A stretch of 58,320 nt of DNA, filler included, from Squatina squatina (taxonomy: Eukaryota), in NCBI GenBank assembly GCA_031763465.1. It is 3 parts of 3 records of this genome, joined end to end, with 100 filler letters (N's around TTAATTAATTAA, not from the genome) between each part and the next. Parts side by side here need not be neighbours in the genome. Positions count along the whole stretch, not along the records: positions 1 to 23,208 come from JARFOE010000162.1; positions 23,309 to 42,000 come from JARFOE010000120.1; 1 more part is not named here. One strand, 5' to 3'. A program made the position numbers and the translations under genes. Positions within the stretch are counted from its first letter, which is position 1. Each line of letters starts with the position of its first letter. Below the pieces are notes generated by a model, which was not told where the DNA came from, made no database searches, and saw nothing but the letters and a program-made list of their open reading frames with translations. Below, in pieces: positions 14,250 through 24,189 of the stretch.

Positions 14250-14920
14250 ACAAGAACTTGTATTCATATCGCACTTTTAATGCAGAGACCAATTAATCGG
14301 GGAGTGGGTGGGGGGGGGGTGCGGGGAGAGAAAAAATACAGGAATAGATACAGGTCATGGAGGGAGAGATTACAGGAACAGGAATGAAAGCTTGGTCAAA
14401 AAGATGGTTTTAGAGGCAGTTTTTAAAGGTAGAAAGGGAGAGGCTTTAAGGTCAATGGTGCAGTTCCAGAGCATAGGACCAAGGCGACTGATAGTCAATG
14501 CAGGGCAGTGGGGGGGGCGCTGCAATGCACAAAGAGGCAGAATTGGAGGACCGAATGGTGCCGGAGGGGAATGCGGTCCACAGGACCTACATAGGTGGGG
14601 TTGGCAAAGCCATGAAGGACTTAGAGATGAGGACAAAGAGTTAAAATTGAATATGTTGTGTAGGTGAAAATAAGCAGTCTTAGTGATGGAAAGGATATGG
14701 GGGTTGAAGCTTTGCTCTGGTTGAACAGGATGTCTAGGTTTCATACAGTTTGGATCGACCTGGGAAGAGGATGGAGTCAGTGAGAAGTGATCAGATCGTA
14801 TGTTGGCGGCTGAAAAACAATGGCTTTGGTGTTCCCGATGTTCAGTTGGAAGAGGTTGTGATTGATCGGTGACTTGATGACGGACAGGCAGTCTGAGAGC
14901 ACAAAGGTGATTGTGTGATT
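14250..14920 (-). mobile_element. L2 LINE 3' fragment
   Basis: Minus-strand SFNPHILSITKTAYFHLHNI, typical of the L2 ORF2 C-terminal region. L2-type tail (aagaacttgtattcatatcgc on +). Confidence 0.75.
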
Positions 14921-15732
14921 GACAAGATTACAATAGGCGTTCAGTCAGAAAGTATTAATGGGCAGAGTCTAAATCATTATAGGCGGTACTTTAATTTTAA
15001 GTGTATCACAATATCTCAGTGTTAAGTAAATTCTCTTGATTACAATATGATAGTACAGTGATGGTTAGTGACAACACACACTATGTGGTTTCGCAAGGTT
15101 ATGTTTACAGTTTATATTAAAGTTTTCCAACATTCAGCTGTTTCATGATAGTATGAACAAGACGCATGGTCTTTCTCAGTAGGTTGGACCCTGCGCTGTT
15201 GGGTGGTTTCACCTTCTTTGCTTTTCCTCATGGTATACAAAACAACAACAATGGGATGTCTGTGCCAAGTCCCTATCTGTGATTGCCTTCTCTCATCTCA
15301 TCCTAGCTTAACCAACCTTGTATATACATTATCTCTCGGTATTACACTGTACTCACTGGGTTGAGAGATTTGAGCCATCAACTAACAGCTGTGGCATACT
15401 TTATAAGTTTTACTCTGATTTCTTTCTACTACGCTACTCCTACTCGAGGGACAGGACCATTAGTGATCAGTCCAGATGGTCAATTCTATCCCATGGACCC
15501 TTTACAAGGTGTCATTCAATTGGACAGGAATGTGTTTGAGGCTACGATTACCAGATGCCAAAACACCAATTAATGCTCAGTTCCTTTTTGCTAATCTCCA
15601 GGGCATAGGGACCTGTCTTTCAGTTGCCTTCCAGGCCTCTTTCTTGCTCGTTATCTTATTTAGAAGACTCACTGCATCTTTATCAGTGTTCTAGTCCACA
15701 ACCTCATTCAGACTCAGTTGCCAGACTCAGAC

Positions 15733-15888
15733 GAGTGAGGAATGAGGGGTCCCAGAGAGTATAAGGGACCGGGGAATGAGCGGGGCCCTTATAGAGGGTA
15801 TAAGGGAGTGAGTGGGGAATGATGGGCCCTTATAGAGGGTATAAGGGAGTGAGGAATGAGGGAGCCCTTTATAGAGGGTATAAGGGAC
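15733..15888. repeat. Minisatellite, 4 degenerate ~36-41 bp units (gaggaatgaggggcccttatagagggtataaggga)
   Basis: Units read directly. The core resembles CR1 ORF2 sequence encoding RMRGDLIEVYK. Confidence 0.85.
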
Positions 15889-15889
15889 T

Positions 15890-16110
15890 GAGTGGGTGTA
15901 ATAAAAAAGGTTAATGATGACTCTGCAGGAAATCATGACTGCAGAATAAGGTGACATGGACTAACTGAGGAAAGGCAAGTTCAGGACTAATGTGTCTGGA
16001 CCCACTTCTTCACACAGAATGGATTGTGGGTAGGAAAGTGGGGCAAAAATTCTGGAGTAATTTAAAAAACTGTTAGATACTATAACTGAGGACTGTAAGT
16101 AGAAGATTGA
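15890..16110 (+). mobile_element. Decayed CR1 ORF2 3' fragment
   Basis: ctgaggaaaggcaagttcaggactaatgtg...cacttcttcacacag corresponds to LRKGKFRTNV..HFFTQ, a CR1 C-terminal motif. Confidence 0.6.
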
Positions 16111-16282
16111 TGTAGATGTATTAATCTTTGTGATCTTTAGGAGGGGAATGAAACTGGCCCACATACAGGCACATATGTTGATGACAAATCACCATTGCTG
16201 ACTGGGATAATGAAGACAATCAATACTAATTAGAACTGATATTTTATTAAAATAATCATGATCCTGTTTGTTATGTTTTGGG

Positions 16283-16317
16283 TACTGACGTTGTTGATAT
16301 CTTGCCTTACTATTCAG
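16283..16317 (+). promoter_or_regulatory. Branch point and 3' splice acceptor upstream of the FNDC11 coding exon
   Basis: TACTGAC (16283-16289), pyrimidine-rich tract, then ttcAG ending at 16317, 17 nt before the ATG. Implies a non-coding upstream exon. Confidence 0.55.
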
Positions 16318-16334
16318 TAATGTAGAAGAAAAGG

Positions 16335-17267
16335 ATGATGGCTTTGCAGAGCGATCAACCCACACTGAAGAAAGAGACTGTACAAGTTAATGAATGTGGG
16401 ATCCTTGGTGATGCCTGGAGGAAATACGTAGACAGAAAAAATATAGTTCTGCAGTTTCTTGGAAACAGTTTAAGCACAGACATCTTGAAGCATTACGAAA
16501 CAAGGCTGGAACTTTTGAAAAAATGCTCTTATTACATTGATGTATTACCAAAACACTTGGCATTAGGAGACCAAAACTTATTTCAGCCCAATGTACTCTA
16601 CCAGCTGATTGATCCATGCAAATTCCTGCGGATGAAAAAAATAGGAACTACTCAGGTCAAAATCCAGCTTCTGCTACTAAGGGAATATCTCAGTGAGCTG
16701 AAATATGGACGCGAAGAGTTGAAGGTCATTGCTAAGATATCAGATGTGACGCTGTTTCTTTTACATTGGAACACTACCTGTTCTAGACTTGGACAGCTCT
16801 ATAATACATTAAAAAATTTCATATCCGTTCTTGTGCCCGGCAAACTTTATGTGAAGCATCATTTAATGAGTGATGCAAAGTCGAACAAAATACCTCAACT
16901 CAGAGTGGTTCTGAGAACCAAGATGCCTGTATTGTTTGATCGAAAAGAATCAACTGCTTATCACAATTCAGTGGAGTTGAAGTGGTTGGACCTTGGGGAC
17001 GAGGCTCATCACGAACTCTACGAACTCAAATACACACTCCTGGAGCCTCGCTATTGCACCGAGAAGAACCAGTTTGGAGTGATTTCTGTAGAATCAGGCA
17101 GTATTGAGATTGGAAATCTGCTCCCCGACAGTTCGTATGAATTTACAATTAGCCGAGCAGAGAATTACACACTTGTTTACTCAGCGTGGTGTGACATTGT
17201 GATCCTGAAAACAAAAGCATCAAATCACCTGCAGTATGCGAGCAATAAAACATGCAGTTTCACATAG
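16335..17267 (+). CDS. FNDC11: Fibronectin type III domain-containing protein 11 (C20orf195 family), 310 aa, single coding exon
   Basis: Intact ORF with family-diagnostic motifs LLKKCSYYIDVLPKHLALGDQN, RMKKIGTTQVKIQLLLL, VPGKLYVKH, TKMPVLFDRKES and C-terminal FN3 (NLLPDSSYEFTISRAENYTLVY). Colinear with recalled human FNDC11. Confidence 0.95.
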   Translation: MMALQSDQPTLKKETVQVNECGILGDAWRKYVDRKNIVLQFLGNSLSTDILKHYETRLELLKKCSYYIDVLPKHLALGDQNLFQPNVLYQLIDPCKFLRMKKIGTTQVKIQLLLLREYLSELKYGREELKVIAKISDVTLFLLHWNTTCSRLGQLYNTLKNFISVLVPGKLYVKHHLMSDAKSNKIPQLRVVLRTKMPVLFDRKESTAYHNSVELKWLDLGDEAHHELYELKYTLLEPRYCTEKNQFGVISVESGSIEIGNLLPDSSYEFTISRAENYTLVYSAWCDIVILKTKASNHLQYASNKTCSFT

Positions 17268-17353
17268 ATTTTCATATTATTACAAAAGGCATTTTCAGTC
17301 TATACACATTGAAATATTTTAGCAATTTCAGCTCTGTTGAACCTCCATTCATG

Positions 17354-17359
17354 AATAAA
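17354..17359 (+). terminator. Candidate FNDC11 poly(A) signal AATAAA (a second at 17395-17400)
   Basis: AATAAA lies 86 nt after the stop codon, immediately before a CR1 insertion. Confidence 0.55.
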
Positions 17360-17384
17360 GTATACAATATTAGATGAAGATACA

Positions 17385-17700
17385 CAAGTTTAGAAATAAA
17401 ACAAATAGCGAAGGACAATAAAAAGGATTTCTATAGGAACATTAGCAGCAACAGGATAGGCAAGATAGGGATTGCACCACTAAGAGATAAAGGAGGCAAA
17501 CTTGTAGTGGATTATAAGGGAACGGCAGTCACGCTAAATAAGTGCTTTGTCCAACTTTATACACAAGAGGAATGTACTGGAATTGTAGTACCACCAGAGT
17601 AATGTGTAAAACAGCCAGTGAAGGTTATTATTTAAAGAGAAATAGTAAAACAAAACTTCTATGAATAGGGAAATGGTGCTAGAGGAAACCAGCAGCCAGT
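17385..17700 (+). mobile_element. CR1 LINE ORF2 internal fragment
   Basis: Translates to IAKDNKKDFYRNISSNRIGKIGIAPLRDKGGKLVVDYKGTAVTLNKCF, the typical CR1 region between endonuclease and RT. Confidence 0.75.
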
Positions 17701-18604
17701 TAGTCTTACAAAAGCAAGATACTGCGGATGCTGNNNNNNNNNNNNNNNNNNNNNNNNNNNNNNNNNNNNNNNNNNNNNNNNNNNNNNNNNNNNNNNNNNN
17801 NNNNNNNNNNNNNNNNNNNNNNNNNNNNNNNNNAAAACAGAGCACTGCCCTGCATGAAGCTAAGTGAGTCACATGGCCACATGTCCTGGAGCCCATCACT
17901 TTGAAAATACCAACCATTCCTCAAAATTCACATGAGGACATTGATGGCTATCTTCATTTTAGCTATAAATAAGCTGTTCTATTGATCAAGAAGTAATTTA
18001 AAAAGCTGAGATGTTAAAAGCACGGCACAGGTTTTCATATTAAACTTGCTTTATGTATTGTAAGTTTTGAAAAGGGAATGTGCCTCTAAAACTATACAGT
18101 ATCATCCTCATTGATTTATATATTTTGCACTTATTTATTTTCTTCCCTTAACTAGATTTCTCTATATTACAGCTTATTCCCAGACCAAGTTTATTATTCC
18201 CAGTCTGCTCCGAGGCATTCAGCAATTCTGTCCTCCACAGGACTTTCAGGAGGTGCACAAGAGAAGCTCGATATAACCCACTTGGTTTCTTTCCCTCCCT
18301 ACTATGGAGATCCATTTAAATCCAGCTCATCACCTCCTTTGTAGGGTGTGTCGAGAACAGGGTGCAGGACACGTAAGGAATTATGGGTGCAACCCTACAT
18401 CCCACCACTCTGAGGTACAGCACACTNNNNNNNNNNNNNNNNNNNNNNNNNNNNNNNNNNNNNNNNNNNNNNNNNNNNNNNNNNNNNNNNNNNNNNNNNN
18501 NNNNNNNNNNNNNNNNNNNNNNNNNNTGAGCCTCCTCCACACACCTAGTGCAGTCAGGGGCAGTTTTACTATCTCCCATTCATGCCTCTACAAATCTCAC
18601 ATAT

Positions 18605-18838
18605 ATGGCAGAGATCTGTAAAAGCATGAATGGGAGATACTCCTACCTGATTGGTTGGGGCCTCCCACGTGCTCTCACCAGTGCCTGTGATGTGTGTACA
18701 CTGGGAAGAATTGTGGGCCGCTGTGCCTGCCTAGCTGTCGAGGACCAAGAGCGCAAGTTTTCGCAGCTCCTGGACCATCGAATTAGTTCGTATGGATCTT
18801 TCCGGTGCGAGGCCTGCATCCGCGGGAAGGCTCTGACT
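18605..18838 (+). CDS. Candidate first coding exon of the uncharacterised gene (Cys-rich)
   Basis: CpG-retaining open frame ...CDVC...RCAC..EDQERKFSQLLDHRISSYGSFRCEACIRGKALT, ending at a phase-0 donor ACT|GTAATT. ATGs at 18605 and 18626. Confidence 0.3.
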
Positions 18839-19288
18839 GTAATTTCAGCTCCATATTTTCTTTATTCAGCAGTGACTGCCATTGTAACTATACCCCAACT
18901 ATTAATTCTTCTCAATTTAAAGTTGAAAGTCTTGTTGGTCAGTTAATTAACAAATTTATGTTATGGACAAGTCTGAATTTCTTTTGAAATAGTTGCTATA
19001 GAGTCATTTTTGAAGTCTAAATGTGTATCCGAACAGTGGAGGTCTGTGCAGTAAAAACAGTATCACTGCACATGCTCTTAATGTCTGCTTGGCTCAGTTC
19101 TGATGCGCACACAGCTGTTGATAGTCTTGAAACCAGCCAATTGTGCAAACTGCTGAATTAGATTATTGCGCTAATGTTTTAATTACTTTTCCTGATTTGG
19201 CCCCAGCTTGGTTAATCAATTGAAGAAAACAAATTGCAGACCTTTTGAATTTTACAGACTTCATTTAATATTTCATGTTCTGTTTTAG

Positions 19289-19343
19289 GAACAAGTTGGT
19301 TTCCTTCAGGATGATAGATGTGATATAGTGGAGGAGGTTAACG
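19289..19343 (+). CDS. Candidate internal exon (EQVGFLQDDRCDIVEEVN)
   Basis: Strong acceptor tttcatgttctgttttAG|G. Only one frame is open (phase-0 start, matching the 18838 donor). Donor ACG|GTACTG, phase 1. Confidence 0.35.
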
Positions 19344-19619
19344 GTACTGTAATAGGCAGTGCTAAAGGCAGCTAAGATCACTGAGTATTGGCAGATTACA
19401 TCCAGAAGTAATTAGATGAAGCTGGAAGCAGCCATAAGACAGACAGTCGATTTAACATAACAATCTGTTAATCACTCAGTTTATAACTACCTTTTACCTG
19501 GCACATAAATGCAAAATTGCAGTAAATTCCAAACTGCCTATACAACAGTATTTTCAGTCATTTACAAACAGCTACTACAAATAAAAGGCTTAATTTGCAC
19601 CATAGCTGCAATTGCTGAG

Positions 19620-19775
19620 GGTGGGAGAGAAGAGAAGATGGAGGGAGGAGAGGAAGAGAAGATGGAGGAGGAGAGGAAGAGAAGATGGAGGGGGAGAGGA
19701 AGAGAAGAGGGAAAGGAAGAGAAGAGGGAGACGGGAGAGGAAGAGNNNNNNNNNNGGGACGGAGGGGGGAGAAGA
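19620..19775. repeat. Purine-rich (GA/GGA) low-complexity tract
   Basis: Almost exclusively G/A on the + strand and interrupted by a 10-N gap. Confidence 0.85.
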
Positions 19776-19919
19776 GCAACTGGCAGGCTGCCTTGGAGAC
19801 CTCGATCTTTGGCTGGCGCCTCCTGTCCCAATACTAATGAGGCCCAGCCCTCAAAATGGAACAGGCCTCCTACTGAGACTACAGGGCAGCCAGCACATTG
19901 GGACCTATGGATGGGTGAG

Positions 19920-20242
19920 CTTGTAGAAGTAGGGTGGTGTCATGGAAACATTTGTAAATGAGAATGAAGGTCTTGAAATTCAATGCACCAGTAACTGACA
20001 AGGATGCTAGGTGAGCAGGAATCTGTATGGGATTGAATGTGGGTGCCAGAGTTCTGGATTTATTGAAAATGTAAAGGGTGAAGCTGGCTAGGCCTGTGAG
20101 GAGCGTGTTAGAGAATCTGACAGATGCCTGGAGATGATGAAGCATGGACAAGTGTTTCAGCAGTAGAGGTGAGGATGGAAGCAGGCAATGTTATGGGGGA
20201 GGATATAAATAGTTTTGGTGATGGATTGGATGTGAGGTTTGA
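19920..20242 (-). mobile_element. Decayed L2 LINE fragment
   Basis: Minus-strand remnants such as TAETLVHA and LNFKTFILIYKC resemble the L2 ORF2 C-terminus. Confidence 0.55.
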
Positions 20243-20814
20243 NNNNNNNNNNNNNNNNNNNNNNNNNNNNNNNNNNNNNNNNNNNNNNNNNNNNNNNNNN
20301 NNNNNNNNNNNNNNNNNNNNNNNNNNNNNNNNNNNNNNNNNNTGCCAGTACCCTTGGAACTGTACCCCAACATTCAGAAGAGATGGGGTGAAGAGACACT
20401 GGAGCTGCATGTATGGATTTCGAGGCAAATATAAACCCATTTGTATTGGTGCTGTTTATCTTCGGGTTCCTGGAGACCACCAACCATGAGCTGGCTCCCA
20501 GCCTTTAGACCGGTTTAATCCGGCTCCTTTAACCCTTTGAAATGCTCATAGCTCACAGATCCCAGTTTTTCACAAATCTACAATTCTGCCGTTGAGCCAA
20601 GAGAGTTGCACTTAGTAAACACTGGAAACTGGCTCACGAGCAGCTGGTTCCCAGGATCCCAACCAAAATGGCATGTGTATAAAGCAGCTTTAAGTGACTT
20701 CAGACCTGTCTCTCATTGATCAGCACCAATATGGCACTTTGAATGTAACCAGTTCCACTAGTGACACTGAACATTGGCGCAGGAAGCTTTGTCCCACACT
20801 GTTTGATTTCTGAG

Positions 20815-20880
20815 CTGTGCTGAGAGGGGAAGGGAGCTGCAAGTAGAGCAAACACTGGACTGGGATGACCTGCTTCAGCA
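20815..20880 (+). CDS. Candidate internal exon (CAERGRELQVEQTLDWDDLLQ); 5' boundary uncertain
   Basis: Open frame ending at a phase-2 donor GCA|GTACGT that joins 22648 in frame (CA+A = Gln). The acceptor is atypical (GAG), or the exon extends 5' across a frameshift. Confidence 0.35.
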
Positions 20881-20894
20881 GTACGTTGTGCCTG

Positions 20895-21035
20895 CACTGT
20901 GGCACCATTTCAACACATGGACTGCAGTGGTTCAAGGACGAGGCCCACCACCACCTTCCCGGGGCAACTGGGGATGGGTAATAAATGCTGGACTTTGCTA
21001 GCAACACCCACACCCTGACAAGTTTTAAAAAAGAA
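20895..21035 (+). mobile_element. 3' end of RSg-1/RTEX-like LINE (partner-type tail of SlmI-like SINEs)
   Basis: catggactgcagtggttcaag...caccaccaccttccc ggggcaactggggatgggtaataaatgctgg, followed by an A-rich tail. Confidence 0.65.
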
Positions 21036-21293
21036 CTCCCACGACCAGTCATGTGGGCATCGGCAGAGGCCTGGGACCAGGTTCCCTCCTCCCCCCGCCG
21101 TTGCGAGTCTATTGCCATCTTGGACACGAGAAGAACAGCCACATCCTCCTTTAGTTTGTAGTGAAAATATTGTCTGCATGAAATTGAATATGGCAAGTAA
21201 ATTTATTACATTCAAAATGCATGTTAGCAATTTCAACATCATTCAATCTTGAGATGGAATTCAAAGTTATGCTAAAAGTATTACTTTCTACTG

Positions 21294-21580
21294 TTTTTTT
21301 TAATTTGCTCTCAGGGAATGGGAAATCCAGGTAAGGCTATATTTATTGCCCATTTCAAGTGACCTTGAGAAGTTGATGGCGAGCTTTCTCCTTAAGCTGA
21401 AGTCCTTGTGGCTGATGGTACTCTCATGATTGTGTCAGGTAGGGAATTTCAGAACTTTGCTGTCGTGACAATGAAGGAACAGTGATATATGTCCAAGTCA
21501 GTATAATTTATGACTTGGAGGAGAGCTTGAATGTGATCTTGGTGCTTTTGTCCTTCTTGGTCATAGTGGTTGTGTAGCTG
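21294..21580 (-). mobile_element. 3' portion of the same LINE family, reverse orientation
   Basis: T-tract then tttattgcccat...ccttgagaag..., the reverse complement of the 20895-21035 tail. A further copy lies at 56232-56312. Confidence 0.6.
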
Positions 21581-21796
21581 GAAGGTCTGCAGAAGTAAGC
21601 TCTTTATTTTGAGGTGTGAATATATTTCATATTGAGAGAATTTGCAAACAGAGATACATAGAGATCTGGGTGAGTGTGAATGGACAAGGCAGTAATCCAA
21701 TCAAGTGACATCATAAATCAAAAGATTGAAGTTCACACAATCTGATAGTCATTCAAACCTCCAGATTGTAATCCATTCTAGTATTGCTTATATATA

Positions 21797-22549
21797 GGCC
21801 CGGAATTTACAGTTGTAATGATTGGGAAACTGTCAGCGTTTGTCAGTTTTACACAGTAATGACGGCAGTAACTTCTGGCGTCTACACATGTACAGTTAAA
21901 TGTGGCAATCCGGAGGTTGCTGCCAGTGATACCCTGCTCCTCCACAGGGTGCGCTGTTGCAATCTTCGCAGATGCAATCAACATGGAATCAGTGATTTGA
22001 TGTGAACTTCAATGCACTATTCACACTGTAAAAACCATTGAAAATGTTAAACCTTGTTGAAGAAGGTGAACTGAGTTTTTAAAATGGCATACTAAGTCAT
22101 AATTACTGAACAACTTCTCTGATCCTGAAAAAAACTATTTTGGAAGTGTGGAGTGTCATTCCCTCTATTCCATGATGAAAATTTCATGATTTTTAAAATA
22201 AAAGTTAAATTTTATTTTATCTTTTTTTAAAGTTGTTTATGATATTTCAGCTTCTATCTTAATCCCCTGTGTATGTCCCAATCTTTATTTAGCTTTCTGT
22301 AAAATGATTAAAAAGTGCTTTTTATTTCCTACTTTGCTGTCTGTGAAAATTCCTCAATCTGATTGGCTGCTCACCCTGTTTGACTTCACTATCACTGGTT
22401 GCCACAGGTCCCCTATAGATGGCGCAAGACAAAGTCAAAACGGAATAAGGGAAATTGACGCTCTCGAGTCTGCTATATCTTTGTGGGCAACTTTCTTCAA
22501 GGTCAGCAGCGATCGCCCTCAATTCGCCACTGACCGCAAATTCCGGGCA
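21797..22549. mobile_element. Non-autonomous DNA transposon (MITE-like, ~750 bp) with TIRs
   Basis: Left end ggcccggaatttacagt and right end accgcaaattccgggca form an imperfect inverted repeat. Flanked by TA-rich sequence on both sides. Confidence 0.7.
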
Positions 22550-22647
22550 CATATATTTCTGCCTTGCTTCTCACTGGCGCCAATAGTCAGATCATCTCAA
22601 AACTAATCGTATTATAGCTGTTTCACCTTTGAACTTCCATATGACAG

Positions 22648-22774
22648 ATGGAATCCTAGTTACTTGCATGATGCAGCTGGTTGTAACCTGGGGGAAGTAG
22701 ATAGAAATGTCCCGAGTCAATCAACACTCGAGACAAAACTCCGAAATTATGACGGGACCTACATAAACAAGCAG
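22648..22774 (+). CDS. Candidate internal exon (WNPSYLHDAAGCNLGEVDRNVPSQSTLETKLRNYDGTYINKQ)
   Basis: Acceptor acAG|, branch-like CTAAT at 22603. Only the phase-2 frame is open. Donor CAG|GTCATT, phase 0. Confidence 0.45.
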
Positions 22775-23062
22775 GTCATTCTATCCATTAGACAAATCTT
22801 CTCTCACCGTTCTCAGAAAACCTAATGGAAGGATTTATAAAAGATTCATATGTTCACAGTTAACACCCTTTGCCCAGTAAATGGCGAATCACTCGCGCTG
22901 GCAGTCATGGAAATCAAGTGGCTCAGTAGTTATCTTGGCTTCCTATTTCGCAATACATAAATATGTCCTGGATCTCACTGGGCTGCCTTATTCAGTGCAG
23001 AGTAATAGAAAAATAAGGGCAACATTGCTAAAAATAATCATATCTTTCTATGTTCAATACAG

Positions 23063-23179
23063 AAATTGACAGCAAAACATCGTAGTCCGGTTTATTCAAA
23101 AAATGAATCTTATAACTCAGCAGTGTCAAAGTCAGAAAGTGATGAAGAGCAAGATGAAACATCATTCTTAGCTTATCAG
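23063..23179 (+). CDS. Candidate internal exon (KLTAKHRSPVYSKNESYNSAVSKSESDEEQDETSFLAYQ)
   Basis: Acceptor tatctttctatgttcaatacAG, 117 nt, phase 0-0, donor CAG|GTAATA. Confidence 0.55.
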
Positions 23180-23208
23180 GTAATAGCAGCACTGCCCAAA
23201 GCTGGGGT

Positions 23209-23308
23209 NNNNNNNNNNNNNNNNNNNNNNNNNNNNNNNNNNNNNNNNNNNNTTAATTAATTAANNNNNNNNNNNNNNNNNNNNNNNNNNNNNNNNNNNN
23301 NNNNNNNN
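23209..23308. other. Synthetic scaffold join N44-TTAATTAATTAA-N44 (assembly artefact)
   Basis: Exactly 100 positions with a six-frame-stop 12-mer centred in Ns. An identical structure occurs at 42001-42100. Confidence 0.95.
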
Positions 23309-24113
23309 GAGTACATTGACTTGAGCATTCCTTTCTCCCTACCATCTAATTTAATGCCGAACACAGGTTCTTCCAGCTGTGAATAATACTTTGACTAACA
23401 TTCCAGCTCGAGACCAGATCTGCCTCATTGGCTGGAGCTTAAATTGAATCCAGCACATCTGGAGCTGTGTATTCTCAGCACCCGCTTCCAGGTATTTAAA
23501 TGCCTCGCCACAGAAAAACACCACTGTAGAAAATTCCCAGGAGAGTGCGTTTAGGTTTCCTTCAGCACCTCCTAGACTGATTAACTTAACAAGGGCAACA
23601 GTTAAAAATCTTACATTGGATCAAATAGAGCCTGGTTTTGGGGGACTGATCTTTAGGGCTTACAGAATTATGATACCATCTGCCTATCGAGATGTCCCGA
23701 GTTATTTTATGCAATGATTTCACCCCCGCCCCTCCCCTCGCCATCCCAACTCATCTAGCAAGGCACAGGGCTGAGGCATGTAAGAAGTAGTTTTCAAAAT
23801 GCCATTAAGGTACATTTTAAGCTGCCAGTAGCTCCAAAGCCAACTAAAAAACAACAGTGAGTGAAGGCACCCCTCACAAATGTAAACACTCACTCTGTGA
23901 CCAGTCCATCACCATTTTGGCCTGAGTATTATTGTATTTAGTTTATCACAGCCTCTGGGTAGTCTGTTCCATTGTACTGCTGCAGGATGGGGATACTTCG
24001 CCACAGAAGAACCAGTACCGAGTGTGATCACTTGCAGTTGCCATTTTATGCTGCATTACAATGGAACCATGCTGCCAGAGCCTGATTTCATATTGTTATT
24101 TGTGCTGTTCCAG

Positions 24114-24155
24114 TGTTCGAGATTTCTACGAGAATACAACTGTGAATGTGCAAAG
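24114..24155 (+). CDS. Candidate internal exon (CSRFLREYNCECAK)
   Basis: Acceptor tgttatttgtgctgttcCAG, 42 nt, phase 0-0, donor AAG|GTAGGA. Confidence 0.55.
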
Positions 24156-24189
24156 GTAGGATCTACCAATCAGAGGAAACAGGAACTCC

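Noticed and set aside
15733-15888. CRISPR-like appearance of this and other short tandem arrays (27775, 30792, 43501)
   Set aside because: The units are head-to-tail without unique spacers, there are no cas genes, and the context is vertebrate.
19509-19961. Glu/Arg-rich ORFs
   Set aside because: Products of the GA low-complexity tract spanning a gap.
20669-22650. In-frame TGA (possible selenocysteine) if the GC donor at 20670 spliced directly to 22648
   Set aside because: It depends on a weak GC donor, other joins avoid the stop, and I could not identify a SECIS after 24761.
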